This document shows positions 38,026 to 47,743 of a DNA stretch of 64,000 nucleotides, one piece after another. Positions within the stretch are counted from its first letter, which is position 1. Every line of letters begins with the position of its first letter. The position numbers were made by a program, and so were the translations under genes. The notes below the pieces were generated by a model, which saw only the letters and a program-made list of their open reading frames with translations, was not told where the DNA came from and did not search any database. This DNA comes from Eubacteriales bacterium (lineage in GTDB: Bacteria; Bacillota; Clostridia; Oscillospirales; CAG-272): assembly GCA_045578385.1 (NCBI GenBank), contig JAZNKD010000038.1, forward strand, positions 3,341-67,340, read 5' to 3'.

Positions 38026-39180
38026 TTACTCATCTGTAAAAGAGCGCGTTTCTCCTATATTTTCAAGAACTGTAACGTACGAGGTCATTCTGTATCCGCG
38101 TTCTGTAAATTCTCCGTCGGTTCTGATTTTCATCAGCTCCGCTTCAGCAAGCCTGATAAATCTTAATTCGGCAAGCCTCAGCGATGCTATTGACATAAGC
38201 TCCGCATCGGTATAATTTTTTTGAACTTCCGTCTTTTCGGTTACGTATAACCTTTCCAAAACTATTGGTATACGGTACTTTCCGAAAAGCGTACATTCCT
38301 TTACATCTTCTATTATAGCACAACTGTTATCCAATTTTCCATATTTTTTAAAAATATTTATCGGCAATTTAAAAATTTTTATGCTTGCCTTATAAAGTTT
38401 CTCCTCTCCGTAAGCCATAACGGTCTCATTTCTCTCAATTTCTACAGTTATATCTTTAGCTACTCTGCCAAATACGTCTCCGTCTGCTCCCACGAATCCG
38501 CCGCCAAGCTCGTTTGGAATAATGCCAGATATAAGCAGCTCTCCCGCCTTTACGGTGTCCCCAACTTTAACGCAAGCCACTCCCGATCTTACCGTTATTT
38601 CTTCAATAACGGCATCGCAGGATGCTACGACGTTTGAAAATGCCGCTTTTTCCTCGCTCGGCTTGTATATTGCCTTTTCCTTGACCGTAACGTAAGCAAC
38701 GTTGCCGCGTCTGTTTATATTTATCCACCCGATATTCTCCGAGACTTCAAGCAATCTCCCTTCCACTTCACCTAGCGAAAGTGAACGCCAAGTGTTTCCT
38801 GTTTCAAAGCCTACATCGGAAAGCTCATCCAAAATAATGGTATCGGATATTTTTTCATTACCCGTAATCCTTATATCCCATACGAAAAACGAGGTCAATA
38901 CGTAAATAGCTGCAAGTAATATAAGCCCCGATATAATTCCGTATCTACGCTTGTTATTCAACAGTATTACGGGCAATCCTCCAGAGCGAACCGTAGTGTG
39001 TGAAATGTTTTTTAACGCATTTTCATATCGCTTTCTTTTGAAAAACGGAACGCGTAAAATTCCGTTTTCGGAAATCTTACCCGTCAGGCCGCGTCTTAGT
39101 AAAGCCGTGACAGCTTCCGCCCTTTCTTCGCCGCTTATCAAAACGTTTAAGTAACCGAAAATAAAATAGTACAGTTTCAT
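38026..39180 (-). CDS. yqfD: Sporulation protein YqfD
   Basis: 384 aa. The N-terminus KLYYFIFGYLNVLISGEERAEAVTALLRRGL and a central TM segment match the family, and the yqfC-yqfD-phoH synteny is conserved. Confidence 0.85.
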   Translation of the reverse strand: MKLYYFIFGYLNVLISGEERAEAVTALLRRGLTGKISENGILRVPFFKRKRYENALKNISHTTVRSGGLPVILLNNKRRYGIISGLILLAAIYVLTSFFVWDIRITGNEKISDTIILDELSDVGFETGNTWRSLSLGEVEGRLLEVSENIGWININRRGNVAYVTVKEKAIYKPSEEKAAFSNVVASCDAVIEEITVRSGVACVKVGDTVKAGELLISGIIPNELGGGFVGADGDVFGRVAKDITVEIERNETVMAYGEEKLYKASIKIFKLPINIFKKYGKLDNSCAIIEDVKECTLFGKYRIPIVLERLYVTEKTEVQKNYTDAELMSIASLRLAELRFIRLAEAELMKIRTDGEFTERGYRMTSYVTVLENIGETRSFTDE

Positions 39181-39470
39181 CGGTTTCTCCTTGTCTCTTT
39201 GGCAGAAGAAAATTTTATTTCTTCAATTTCACCTTGAATTTGAACAGTTTTGTTCTCAAATACGCTGATTTCCAGCTTTTTCCCGCAAACAATCAGCAAT
39301 TCCCGCTTTGTCAATAAATTTATTTCCGTATTTGAAAATTCTTTGATCGAAGCAATACCGATAAAGGTAACTGATAAGAAATTGCCCCTTCCGTCCGCCT
39401 CAATTCTGAAGCCGGGCAATACGCCTTTATGGGATATTGGTGTTTTTTCTTTTTTCTTTTTTTGTGTCAT
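39177..39470 (-). CDS. yqfC: YabP/YqfC-family sporulation protein
   Basis: 97 aa. It overlaps the yqfD start by 4 nt, and its size and position are typical. Confidence 0.8.
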   Translation of the reverse strand: MTQKKKKEKTPISHKGVLPGFRIEADGRGNFLSVTFIGIASIKEFSNTEINLLTKRELLIVCGKKLEISVFENKTVQIQGEIEEIKFSSAKETRRNR

Positions 39471-39527
39471 TCTTTTTACCTTCGTATCATATTTTCTACT
39501 ACAAATATATGACTCGGGAGTGAAAAA

Positions 39528-40499
39528 ATGACGAATAACACTTCAGAACTGCAATCAAAAAGCAGGGCCTTGATTTCAAAATCTTCAATAACCACTCTAT
39601 TTACGTTACTTACTCTTGCGCTTACGTTTTCCCTTACGCTGTTTTTATCCGATAAAATTGCACATTCGGTGAAAAGCGGACTTTCACTCTGCGCTAACGT
39701 TATAATACCGTCGGTATTTCCTTTTATCGTTTTATCGGATTTTTTGTATTGTTTTATTAACTTTAGTTCGATAAATTGTTTAGGCGTATTTTTTGAGAAA
39801 CTGTTTAAAGTAAACCGTTGCGGATTATATCCGTTTGTTCTTGGAATAATATGCGGATTCCCGCTCGGTGTCAAATGTGCATCGGAATTGTACATTGATG
39901 GAAAACTAACTAAAGACGAATGCGAAAGACTTATAGGCTTCTGCAATAATACCGGCCCTGCTTTTCTTGTTTGCGGGATAGGACTTGCCTTAAGGAAAAA
40001 TATTTACGAGGGTTTTCTGCTCTACTTTGTTATGGTGCTGTCCGCAATTATTACGGGTATACTCTTTTCGATAAATAAAAAGCCCGGAAGAATCAATTTT
40101 AATATATCCGACAAAAAATCATTTTCAATCACGGAATCAATAAAAAATGCCGGTTACAATACTCTTAATATTTGCTCCTATCTTACATTTTTTGCCTGTA
40201 TCGTTGGATTGTTTCGCAGTATGCTCGGCGAAACGCATCTGTATCTTTCGCTCATAACTTTTTTAGAGGTTGGCAGTGCAACGAGCATTTTATCAAAAAC
40301 TACCCTTCTGACCAAAATGCAAAGTCTGGCGCTTTCAGCCTTTGCAATAAGCTTTTCGGGCTTTTCGGTTCATCTTCAAGCGTTATCATTTATTTCAAAA
40401 ACCGATATACGAGTCGGTCGGTATTTTATTATGAAAGCTTCTCAAGGAATTATATCGTTAATACTGACCTTAATTCTCTATCCTATACTGTTCCGTTAA
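39528..40499 (+). CDS. ylbJ: Sporulation integral membrane protein YlbJ (nucleoside-recognition-domain family)
   Basis: 323 aa and polytopic, with SVKSGLSLCANVIIPSVFPFIVLSDFL typical of YlbJ. Confidence 0.75.
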   Translation: MTNNTSELQSKSRALISKSSITTLFTLLTLALTFSLTLFLSDKIAHSVKSGLSLCANVIIPSVFPFIVLSDFLYCFINFSSINCLGVFFEKLFKVNRCGLYPFVLGIICGFPLGVKCASELYIDGKLTKDECERLIGFCNNTGPAFLVCGIGLALRKNIYEGFLLYFVMVLSAIITGILFSINKKPGRINFNISDKKSFSITESIKNAGYNTLNICSYLTFFACIVGLFRSMLGETHLYLSLITFLEVGSATSILSKTTLLTKMQSLALSAFAISFSGFSVHLQALSFISKTDIRVGRYFIMKASQGIISLILTLILYPILFR

Positions 40500-40510
40500 T
40501 AAAATCAATA

Positions 40511-40551
40511 AAAAAAGAACTGCACTTTAACTAAAAATGCAGTTCTTTTTT
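40511..40551. terminator. Bidirectional intrinsic terminator between ylbJ and the lipoprotein gene
   Basis: AAGAACTGCA/TGCAGTTCTT stem flanked by an A-run and a T-run. Confidence 0.8.
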
Positions 40552-40580
40552 ATTATTTTGGCGTTATTTCTACGACCGAA

Positions 40581-40778
40581 TTAATCTTCCCATTCATCGG
40601 GAACGTCAACAATCGGGAGTTCTACGCCATCACCGGTGTCATTATTACCGGTATCATCGCCGCTGTCACCATTTTCGTTATCGTTTTTATCATCGTTAGT
40701 GTCTCCGCTGAAAAGCGTACAGGAAACAATCGAAAAGGCAAGTACAAAAACGAGAAGGAGAGCTAAAAGCTTCTTCAT
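40581..40778 (-). CDS. Small acidic lipoprotein
   Basis: MKKLLALLLVFVLAFSIVSC contains a lipobox, followed by an Asp/Asn/Gly-rich tail. The start is at the ATG 40778. Confidence 0.65.
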   Translation of the reverse strand: MKKLLALLLVFVLAFSIVSCTLFSGDTNDDKNDNENGDSGDDTGNNDTGDGVELPIVDVPDEWED

Positions 40779-41250
40779 AAATAGTTCCTTTCTTTTTCTT
40801 GTTTTCATCTAATTAAAAACATTTTATGTGCTTATTCAACGAATTTCTATCCGTCGCAAAACATTTCTGGAAGTTTTTGCAAAACCAAGCGTAAATATAT
40901 TGACTAAATATATTAATAACACCATAAGTAACGCAAAATTATCCAATTCAAATGTATTATAACATAAGTAATTGCGTTTTGCAATAAAAAACTGAAAATA
41001 AATTATCCTTTTAAAATGAATAAGCGTTAATTATTTATTCTGTGTAAATTTTTTCGACACCCGATTTAAATAACATTTTAATTCTTTATTCTATATTCTA
41101 CCTTTTTTATCAAATTAACTGCCTCGCAGTACGAGGATTAAGGGAAAATGCTAGATTTTATTATGTCAGAATTTGTCTTTTTTTTAGCAATTTGGTAAAT
41201 TTTACCAATTTTATAGCTAAATCTTCATCTAAAAACCGATGATTTTTATC

Positions 41251-41279
41251 TTGCATTAGCTGGAAATTTGTGGTAAAAT
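41251..41279 (+). promoter_or_regulatory. Sigma-A-type promoter upstream of spo0A
   Basis: TTGCAT-N17-TAAAAT, about 55 nt upstream of the spo0A ATG. Confidence 0.55.
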
Positions 41280-41333
41280 GTATATGTTCCCAAAATTTAC
41301 CAAATAAAAATCAAAACAAGGAGAAAACAACGA

Positions 41334-42098
41334 ATGGAAAAATCACTTAAAATTCTGATTTGTGACGAAAACGCAGAAGAAAGGAAGAAAATTGCCGACG
41401 TTATATTCAAATCGGGCGGCAGACGTCCCGATGAAGCCTCAAACGGTGAGGATGCGCTGAATCAAGCAAAAAGAACGATTTATGATATTGTAATTTGCGA
41501 TCTCTGGATTCCCGGAATAGACGGCATAGGAATTATACGCGCACTCAAAGCTAAGAACGAGGAAACCTCTTTTATACTTCTCTCACCCATCAACAAGCAC
41601 GGTGTTCTTATGGAAGCGACAGACGCGGGCGCTGATATATGCCTTTTGAAGCCTTTTTCAGAAAGCTCCCTGCTTTCACACATTGAAGCTCTCACGAGAA
41701 TACGAGAAAAAGAAAAAGACGAGCTTTCGTCAGCCCGCCCCGATATAGAATCTCAGGTTACTAAAATTATTCACCAGATAGGTGTTCCAGCACATATTAA
41801 GGGATATCAATATCTCCGTTCTGCCATACTTATGACGATTGACGACAACGAAATCATAAATTCCGTTACAAAGGTGCTGTATCCTACGGTAGCAAAGAAA
41901 TACAAAACCACAACGTCCCGAGTGGAAAGAGCCATTCGCCACGCAATAGAGGTAGCTTGGGACAGAGGAGACGTAGATACGCTCAATTCATATTTCGGAT
42001 ACACAATTCAAAACACACGCGGAAAGCCAACCAATTCCGAATTTATAGCTATGATAGCAGATAATCTGCGTTTGAAATATAAATACGTAATGGTATAA
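41334..42098 (+). CDS. spo0A: Sporulation master response regulator Spo0A
   Basis: A receiver domain is followed by the Spo0A-specific C-terminal domain [22 protein letters not shown]...[15 protein letters not shown]...NSEFIA. Confidence 0.95.
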   Translation: MEKSLKILICDENAEERKKIADVIFKSGGRRPDEASNGEDALNQAKRTIYDIVICDLWIPGIDGIGIIRALKAKNEETSFILLSPINKHGVLMEATDAGADICLLKPFSESSLLSHIEALTRIREKEKDELSSARPDIESQVTKIIHQIGVPAHIKGYQYLRSAILMTIDDNEIINSVTKVLYPTVAKKYKTTTSRVERAIRHAIEVAWDRGDVDTLNSYFGYTIQNTRGKPTNSEFIAMIADNLRLKYKYVMV

Positions 42099-42155
42099 AA
42101 AAGAGGTTAGCCGAGAGCTTTTAAACTCTTTGCTAACCTTTAATCTTATAAAGCA

Positions 42156-42764
42156 TCAGTTCCCGAAATATTTTCTGCCTTCCATTGCTCTGTGCAAGGT
42201 TACTTCATCGGCATATTCGATATCTCCGCCTACGGGAATACCGTACGCAAGCCTTGAAACCTCAATTCCGTAAGGTTCAAGAATTTTTGCCAAATATGCC
42301 GCAGTAGCGTCTCCTGACGGTGTTGGATTAGTCGCAACTATTACCTCTCTTATTCCGCCTGCTTCAGCACGGACAACAAGTTCTTTTACGTTGAGGTCTT
42401 CTGCAGAAATATTATCAATAGGAGAAAGCACTCCGCCGAGAACGTGATATGTTCCGCGATAGCTTCTTACTCTCTCCATTACCATAATATCCTTCGGGCT
42501 TTCAACGACACAGATAAGAGCTTTATCTCTGTATTCATCAGAACAGATTTCACATTTACCTACGGTTGCCGTAAGCCCGCAGCAAACGGGACAGATATGA
42601 ACGTCACGTCTCGCGCCGATTATCGCATCCGCAAACTGCTCTAGCGCATTTTCTTCAAGAGCAAGAGTTGCAAAAGCATAACGTACCGCAGTTTTTTCTC
42701 CGACTCCGGGGAGCTTTCTGAATTCTTCGATCAGACGCTTGATCGGTGCTATATACTCTGCCAT
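42156..42764 (-). CDS. recR: Recombination protein RecR
   Basis: LPGVGEKTAVRYAF HhH motif, C4 zinc finger CPVC...CEIC and a Toprim domain. Confidence 0.95.
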   Translation of the reverse strand: MAEYIAPIKRLIEEFRKLPGVGEKTAVRYAFATLALEENALEQFADAIIGARRDVHICPVCCGLTATVGKCEICSDEYRDKALICVVESPKDIMVMERVRSYRGTYHVLGGVLSPIDNISAEDLNVKELVVRAEAGGIREVIVATNPTPSGDATAAYLAKILEPYGIEVSRLAYGIPVGGDIEYADEVTLHRAMEGRKYFGN

Positions 42765-42770
42765 TTCCGA

Positions 42771-43136
42771 TTAGAATATGCCCGGAATGCCCGGAACTCC
42801 GCCGAGTCCAACAGAGCCGGTAATTTCTTTCATTTCTTCGGCAGCCGTGCTTTCTACTTTCTTGATAGCCTCGTTAACCGCTGCAACTATAAGATCCTCC
42901 AGAGTTTCAATATCGTCAGGATCAACAATTTCCTCGGCAAGCTTAACCGAAAGAATTTCTTTTTTACCGTTTATTTTTACGTTTACAACTCCGCCGCCTG
43001 CGCTTATATCGTATTCGCGCGCATCAAGCTCCTCCTGCTTTGCAGCCATATCCTCCTGCATTTTCTGAGCCTGCTTAATAACGGCTTGCATATTTGACGG
43101 GCCGCCGCCCATACCCTGAGGTAATCTAACTTTCAT
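42771..43136 (-). CDS. ebfC: Nucleoid-associated protein YbaB/EbfC
   Basis: 121 aa with MQAVIKQAQKMQEDMAAKQEEL..., lying between dnaX and recR. Confidence 0.92.
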   Translation of the reverse strand: MKVRLPQGMGGGPSNMQAVIKQAQKMQEDMAAKQEELDAREYDISAGGGVVNVKINGKKEILSVKLAEEIVDPDDIETLEDLIVAAVNEAIKKVESTAAEEMKEITGSVGLGGVPGIPGIF

Positions 43137-43168
43137 ATCTCTTTTCCTCTTTCAATTTTTATCTCAAT

Positions 43169-44776
43169 TTATTTTAAAGCATTTTCGATTTCTTCAGCAA
43201 CGGTGCTGACGTCGCCCGAATCCTTCTCGACTATGTTCACTGCAATTTCTGACGGATTTCTGTTCTCATATTCAGCAATCAATCCTCTTATCATAGCCAT
43301 TGTTTCTTGATTTTCAAGTATGCGTCTTAAGAAGAACTTATCCACTTTTATAAGGAAGCTTCCATCGGGCATAACAAACGCGGCAGCTCTGGTAAGAGGA
43401 AAGCTCATAGAGGATTTTGAAGCTACGAGCTCTGCAGCAATACGTCCCCATTTGGAATAAGGCTTAGTCTCTGCGGGCAAATTTTCCGACTGCGTCAAAA
43501 CAACTGCATTTTTCGCTTCCGCCTTAGCCTCGGTTGAGGTTTCCTTAGCCGCATCTTTTTGGACCTGCTCCTTAGGTAATTCGGTTTTCTGAGGCTCGGA
43601 CTGAATCGGTCCTGCAAATTTAAGTCTCGAAACTGCCTTTTCAAGCTCCTCGATTCTTAAAAGCAACGCTTCATCTCCCGAACCAAGCCTGGAATCGCAC
43701 ATACGAGTAAGCGCAATTTCGGCGACGCTTCTCTTTGACTCTCTTGCGCGCTGCAAATCAGCTAGCGTGCTTTCAAGCACCGAAGTATGATAAAGAAGCT
43801 TTGCCATAGTAAGATTTCCCGCAAGCGCTTCAAGCTGGCTATACTCCGCATCCGTCAGATCAAGATAATTCTTCGGATCGGACGCGCTCTTGACTATCAT
43901 TATATCTCTGTACGCATCAAGCAGCTCCTGCCAGAATACCGAAAGATCGCTGCCCAGCATAACCACGTTAGCTATCGCTGAGTAAACCGACGAATAATCG
44001 GATTTTGCGATTGCGTCGATAAGAGAATATATTGATGAGCGGTTGCCTCTGCCTACCGTTGCAAAAACGAGTTCGGCATCAATCGTCTTTCTCGCGCCTG
44101 CACAAAGCTCAAGAAGACTTACGGCATCTCTCATACCGCCCTCGGCGGCTCTGGCAATAACGCCTGCGCCTTCTTCGGTAAGATCTATTTCCTCTGCCGA
44201 TGAAATTTTCATAAGGCGCTCGACTATAACGTCGGTCGTCATACGGCGGAAATCAAATCTTTGACATCGTGAAACTATAGTAGTGGGCAGCTTATTAAAC
44301 TCCGTCGTTGCAAGTATGAAAACAACGTATGACGGCGGCTCTTCAAGCGTCTTAAGCAACGCGTTAAACGCAGAGCCGGACATCATATGAACCTCGTCTA
44401 TTATATAAACCCTGTACTTAAGCTCCGCCGGGGTGAAGGCTATTTCATCCTTCATATCTCTCACGTTGCCGACGCCGTTGTTACTTGCAGCGTCCATTTC
44501 TATAACGTCGGTGGCAACGCCTGCATCTATGCTGCGGCAGGCTTCGCAAGCATTACACGGATTACCGTTTCTGGAGTTTAAACAGTTGACTGCTTTTGCA
44601 AGGATCTTTGCGCAGCTCGTCTTACCCGTTCCTCTCGAACCGCAGAAAAGATATGCGTGTGATATCTTGTTATTGGCTACCTCGTATTTGAGTATGTCCG
44701 TTGTTGACTTCTGACCGGAAACGTCATCAAAATCAACGGGACGCCACTTTCTGTATAGAGCACGATAATCTGACAT
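43169..44776 (-). CDS. dnaX: DNA polymerase III subunit gamma/tau
   Basis: YRKWRP, GSRGTGKTS Walker A, a zinc module CNACEAC, IIDEVHM and SRCQRF. Confidence 0.96.
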   Translation of the reverse strand: MSDYRALYRKWRPVDFDDVSGQKSTTDILKYEVANNKISHAYLFCGSRGTGKTSCAKILAKAVNCLNSRNGNPCNACEACRSIDAGVATDVIEMDAASNNGVGNVRDMKDEIAFTPAELKYRVYIIDEVHMMSGSAFNALLKTLEEPPSYVVFILATTEFNKLPTTIVSRCQRFDFRRMTTDVIVERLMKISSAEEIDLTEEGAGVIARAAEGGMRDAVSLLELCAGARKTIDAELVFATVGRGNRSSIYSLIDAIAKSDYSSVYSAIANVVMLGSDLSVFWQELLDAYRDIMIVKSASDPKNYLDLTDAEYSQLEALAGNLTMAKLLYHTSVLESTLADLQRARESKRSVAEIALTRMCDSRLGSGDEALLLRIEELEKAVSRLKFAGPIQSEPQKTELPKEQVQKDAAKETSTEAKAEAKNAVVLTQSENLPAETKPYSKWGRIAAELVASKSSMSFPLTRAAAFVMPDGSFLIKVDKFFLRRILENQETMAMIRGLIAEYENRNPSEIAVNIVEKDSGDVSTVAEEIENALK

Positions 44777-44849
44777 ACCTCGATCCTTTCACAAAATAAA
44801 AAGCGCGAGCGGTACACAAATGTTCTCCGCATACGCGCAAAATAAAAAA

Positions 44850-45160
44850 TTCCGAATGTCGGAAAGAGCCATACACCTCTCCTTCGAACAAGCCCTTACA
44901 TGCGTTAACCACCGCCCCTGCTCCAAACAGGCACCCTTGCGGCACACCCGATAAACCGCTTAATGCTGCTCCGTTCCCGACCTGACATGGTTCACAGCCT
45001 CGAATTGCGCAAGACCCATTCTTCAACGCAGCGACAAGTGGCGCAGTCCACACAAAGACTGACCTTGAAAGAGGAAATCACCCCTGCATATAGCGGATTT
45101 CAGGAATAAGGCACCGCTACCGCCCCGGCCAGTATGACTCCATCCGACACTCGGAAGATA
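44850..45160 (-). ncRNA. ffs: Signal recognition particle RNA, large Bacillus type with Alu domain
   Basis: The minus strand contains the domain IV core GUCAGGUCGGGAACGGAGCAGC. The 5' UUCCGAGUGUCGGAUGGAG pairs with the 3' CUCUUUCCGACAUUCGGAA, then a T-run follows. It sits directly upstream of dnaX as scr does in B. subtilis, with a TTGCTT-N17-TATACT promoter at 45174-45202. Confidence 0.85.
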
Positions 45161-45276
45161 ATTCACGCTATACAGTATATCAAATATTTTCTGAAAAAGC
45201 AATAGTTTTTATATAAAATTTTAAAAAATGTAAACTCCGTTTTCGACAAACAGTATATCAAATCTTTAGGAGCAAC

Positions 45277-45993
45277 TTAAATTACAAATCCACCGCTGAC
45301 GTTCAAAACGTCACCCGTGATAAATGCGGCTTCATCAGATGCTAAAAACAAGGCAGCGTTGGCAACCTCGACGGGCTCACCTATTCTGCAAAGAGGAGTT
45401 TCGTCTTCCAAAGATGAAATATCTTCCTGAGAAAATGCAGAGTTCATATCCGTATTTATGACACCCGGAGCTATTGCGTTAACAGTTATTCCCGAAGGAC
45501 CGACTTCTTTTGCAAGCGCCTTGGTAAATCCTATAAGCGCTGCTTTAGCAGTCGAATAATGAACCTCGCACGATGCTCCTACTAACCCCCAGACAGAACT
45601 TATGTTTATAATTCTGCCGCGTTTTTTCTTAATCATTTGAGATAAAACGGCCTTCGAATACAAAAATGCTGCTGTAACAGAGGTATTCATAACTCTATTC
45701 CATTCAGTTAAAGATATATCGTCAATAAGCCCAAACGAGGATACTGCTGCATTATTTATGAGAACGTCGATACCGCCAAGCTCTTGCGAAGCCTTTTCAA
45801 CGGCAAAGGAAATTTCGCCCTCGCGCTCTGAGTCTGCTTTTATCGCAAGAGCTCCCGTATTTTTTTCAATTTTTTTTGCTTCATCTTCAGAGCTTTTATA
45901 AGTAAACGCTACGGAATATCCGCGCGAGGAAAACAACTCTACCATTGCCTTTCCTATACCTCGCGACCCGCCTGTTATCAATACTGTTTTCAT
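45277..45993 (-). CDS. SDR-family oxidoreductase (3-oxoacyl-ACP reductase FabG-like)
   Basis: TGGSRGIGKA cofactor motif, NNAA and the YSTAK catalytic motif. Confidence 0.85.
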   Translation of the reverse strand: MKTVLITGGSRGIGKAMVELFSSRGYSVAFTYKSSEDEAKKIEKNTGALAIKADSEREGEISFAVEKASQELGGIDVLINNAAVSSFGLIDDISLTEWNRVMNTSVTAAFLYSKAVLSQMIKKKRGRIINISSVWGLVGASCEVHYSTAKAALIGFTKALAKEVGPSGITVNAIAPGVINTDMNSAFSQEDISSLEDETPLCRIGEPVEVANAALFLASDEAAFITGDVLNVSGGFVI

Positions 45994-46149
45994 TTTTCAC
46001 CTCTCGGCTCGTTAATTTCTTTAAGTATATATTATTTTTAAATTTATGTCAACCGATTTTTAATTTTTTAAGCTCGGAAAGGTTGATTTTTAACCGTAAA
46101 TATGTATAATTTATTATGTTGCTATTTCAATTTTTCAAGGAGTATTATT

Positions 46150-46845
46150 TTGATTCTTATAATTGACAAATCGCAAAAGGATGCGTTGCTCGTTTCCGAC
46201 ATACTGTATAATATGGGATTTTTATCGCTTGCAGTTACTCCCGAACGCGCAGCGTCAGAAATATCGAACAGATATCGCGCTGTAATTTTTATTTCACCGG
46301 AAAGAATAGGGTCTCTCGAGGAATACGTGCCTATGCTTCGCAAATTTTCTCTCGGCGCGCCCATTTTTGCAATATGCCCAAAGCCGAGCGCATACGAGGC
46401 TTTCGAAGAATGTGCCGATTTATTTGATAAAGTATTTTATCAATCCGAAATTTCTTACGGCCTTATAGGCGAAATACTCGACTGTCAGGCAGAAAAGGGA
46501 AAGAAATATATCGGAAGCTACAGGGTGCTCGGTATTGACGCATCCGTATTTATCGACGGTGCAACATTCTTTGATATTCCGCTGGGATTAACAAAAACCG
46601 AAACTATGATTGTCCGTTATCTTACCGTGACATATCCTAATCCCGCAAAGGCTGCCGATATTTTGAAATTTGCATTTAAAAACGCAAAATGCCCCGAAAT
46701 TGCAAATATTCGTACTCATATCTCCTCAATAAATAAAAAATTTGTCAAAGTTGCAAAGAAACCATTTATTCTATCGGAAAGCAGAGTTGGATATACTCTT
46801 GCAACTCCTCCCGAATTACCAGCAAAAAAGAGCCTTACGAAATAA
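46150..46845 (+). CDS. OmpR/PhoB-type winged-helix regulator with a degenerate (pseudo-)receiver domain
   Basis: The C-terminus is LTKTETMIVRYL...IRTHISSINKKF...RVGYTL. The N-terminus is receiver-like, but IDKS replaces the DD pair and IFISPE occupies the phospho-Asp position. The likely start is the TTG at 46150, 7 nt after AAGGAG. The ATG at 46102 lies inside a TATAAT box. Confidence 0.6.
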   Translation: MILIIDKSQKDALLVSDILYNMGFLSLAVTPERAASEISNRYRAVIFISPERIGSLEEYVPMLRKFSLGAPIFAICPKPSAYEAFEECADLFDKVFYQSEISYGLIGEILDCQAEKGKKYIGSYRVLGIDASVFIDGATFFDIPLGLTKTETMIVRYLTVTYPNPAKAADILKFAFKNAKCPEIANIRTHISSINKKFVKVAKKPFILSESRVGYTLATPPELPAKKSLTK

Positions 46846-46905
46846 AAAGCTGAAATAGATACAAGCTAACCTTGCATATGTTTTTATTATGGAGGTTAGC
46901 TTTTT

Positions 46906-47607
46906 ATGTTGAATTTTTCAAATCTTTTCTTAAAATTTATCTCTCTGATACTAGGTCTTTCAGACACTCAGTCGTTCCCTCCTCCTTTGAAAGCAGAGGA
47001 GGAACAAGAGCTTTTTATCAAGGCAAACAAAGGGGATATGAATGCGCGAGCAAAGCTTATTGAGCATAATATGAGACTTGTATCGCACATAATACGCAAA
47101 TACTACTCATCTTACGGATATCCTGACGATCTTCTATCCATAGGAAGCCTTGGTCTCATTAAAGCGGTAGATTCATTTCAATGCGAAAAAGGAACGAGAT
47201 TTGCCACGTACGGAGCAAGATGCATTCAAAATGAAATACTTATGTTTTTCAGAAGTCAAAAAAAGGCTAATATGGAAGTTTCGCTAAATGATACGATAGA
47301 CGTTGACCGAGACGGAAATCCTCTTACATATCTTGATATTATCAGCACTCCCGAAACTATTGCGGAGGATATCGATATGAGTATTCATATAGAAAAGCTC
47401 AGAGAGTTGGTTGACAGCGTGCTTGATGAAAGGGAGCGGGAAATTATAGTTCTTAGGTACGGTCTTCTCGGATATCAGCCAAAAACTCAGCGAGAGGTTG
47501 CGCATCATCTCGGAATTTCGCGTTCTTACGTTTCAAGAATAGAAAAAAGAGCGCTTTTACTTTTAAAGGACTCTTTCGGTAACGTCAGACCCGATTTTGA
47601 CGACTGA
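46906..47607 (+). CDS. sigK: Sporulation sigma factor, pro-sigma-K type
   Basis: A hydrophobic pro-sequence followed by SFPPPLKAEEEQELF...ARAKLIEHNMRLVSHIIRKY resembles B. subtilis pro-SigK (FPQPLS...LIEHNLRLVAHIVKKF). Regions 2-4 are intact and there is no intervening element. Confidence 0.75.
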   Translation: MLNFSNLFLKFISLILGLSDTQSFPPPLKAEEEQELFIKANKGDMNARAKLIEHNMRLVSHIIRKYYSSYGYPDDLLSIGSLGLIKAVDSFQCEKGTRFATYGARCIQNEILMFFRSQKKANMEVSLNDTIDVDRDGNPLTYLDIISTPETIAEDIDMSIHIEKLRELVDSVLDEREREIIVLRYGLLGYQPKTQREVAHHLGISRSYVSRIEKRALLLLKDSFGNVRPDFDD

Positions 47608-47743
47608 CAAAATTTTAAAAAAATTTTTGGTATTTTAAAAAAGCGTATATAAAAACCTCTTGTTTTAACTATGTATATTTGTTTATTAATTGTGAAAACT
47701 AACTATGGACCTTCGTCCAAAAACAAAAACTGAGGTTTCAGAT

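Noticed and set aside
39476-39946. A 156-aa minus-strand ORF overlapping the start of ylbJ.
   Set aside because: It is antisense to the membrane protein YlbJ, which has clear family features. It has no RBS and would overlap yqfC upstream signals.
43169-44776. A programmed frameshift site in dnaX (A AAA AAG type).
   Set aside because: I could not find a convincing slippery heptamer with a downstream structure while reading the gene. Firmicute dnaX genes are not known to need one.
44733-45053. A 106-aa ORF upstream of dnaX.
   Set aside because: It overlaps the SRP RNA, which is identified by its domain IV core and terminal helix pairing. The GC-rich RNA gene keeps a frame open by chance.
46906-47607. 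A possible skin-like intervening element or split sigK.
   Set aside because: The ORF is continuous from the pro-sequence through region 4 (233 aa) with no recombinase nearby, so sigK is intact.
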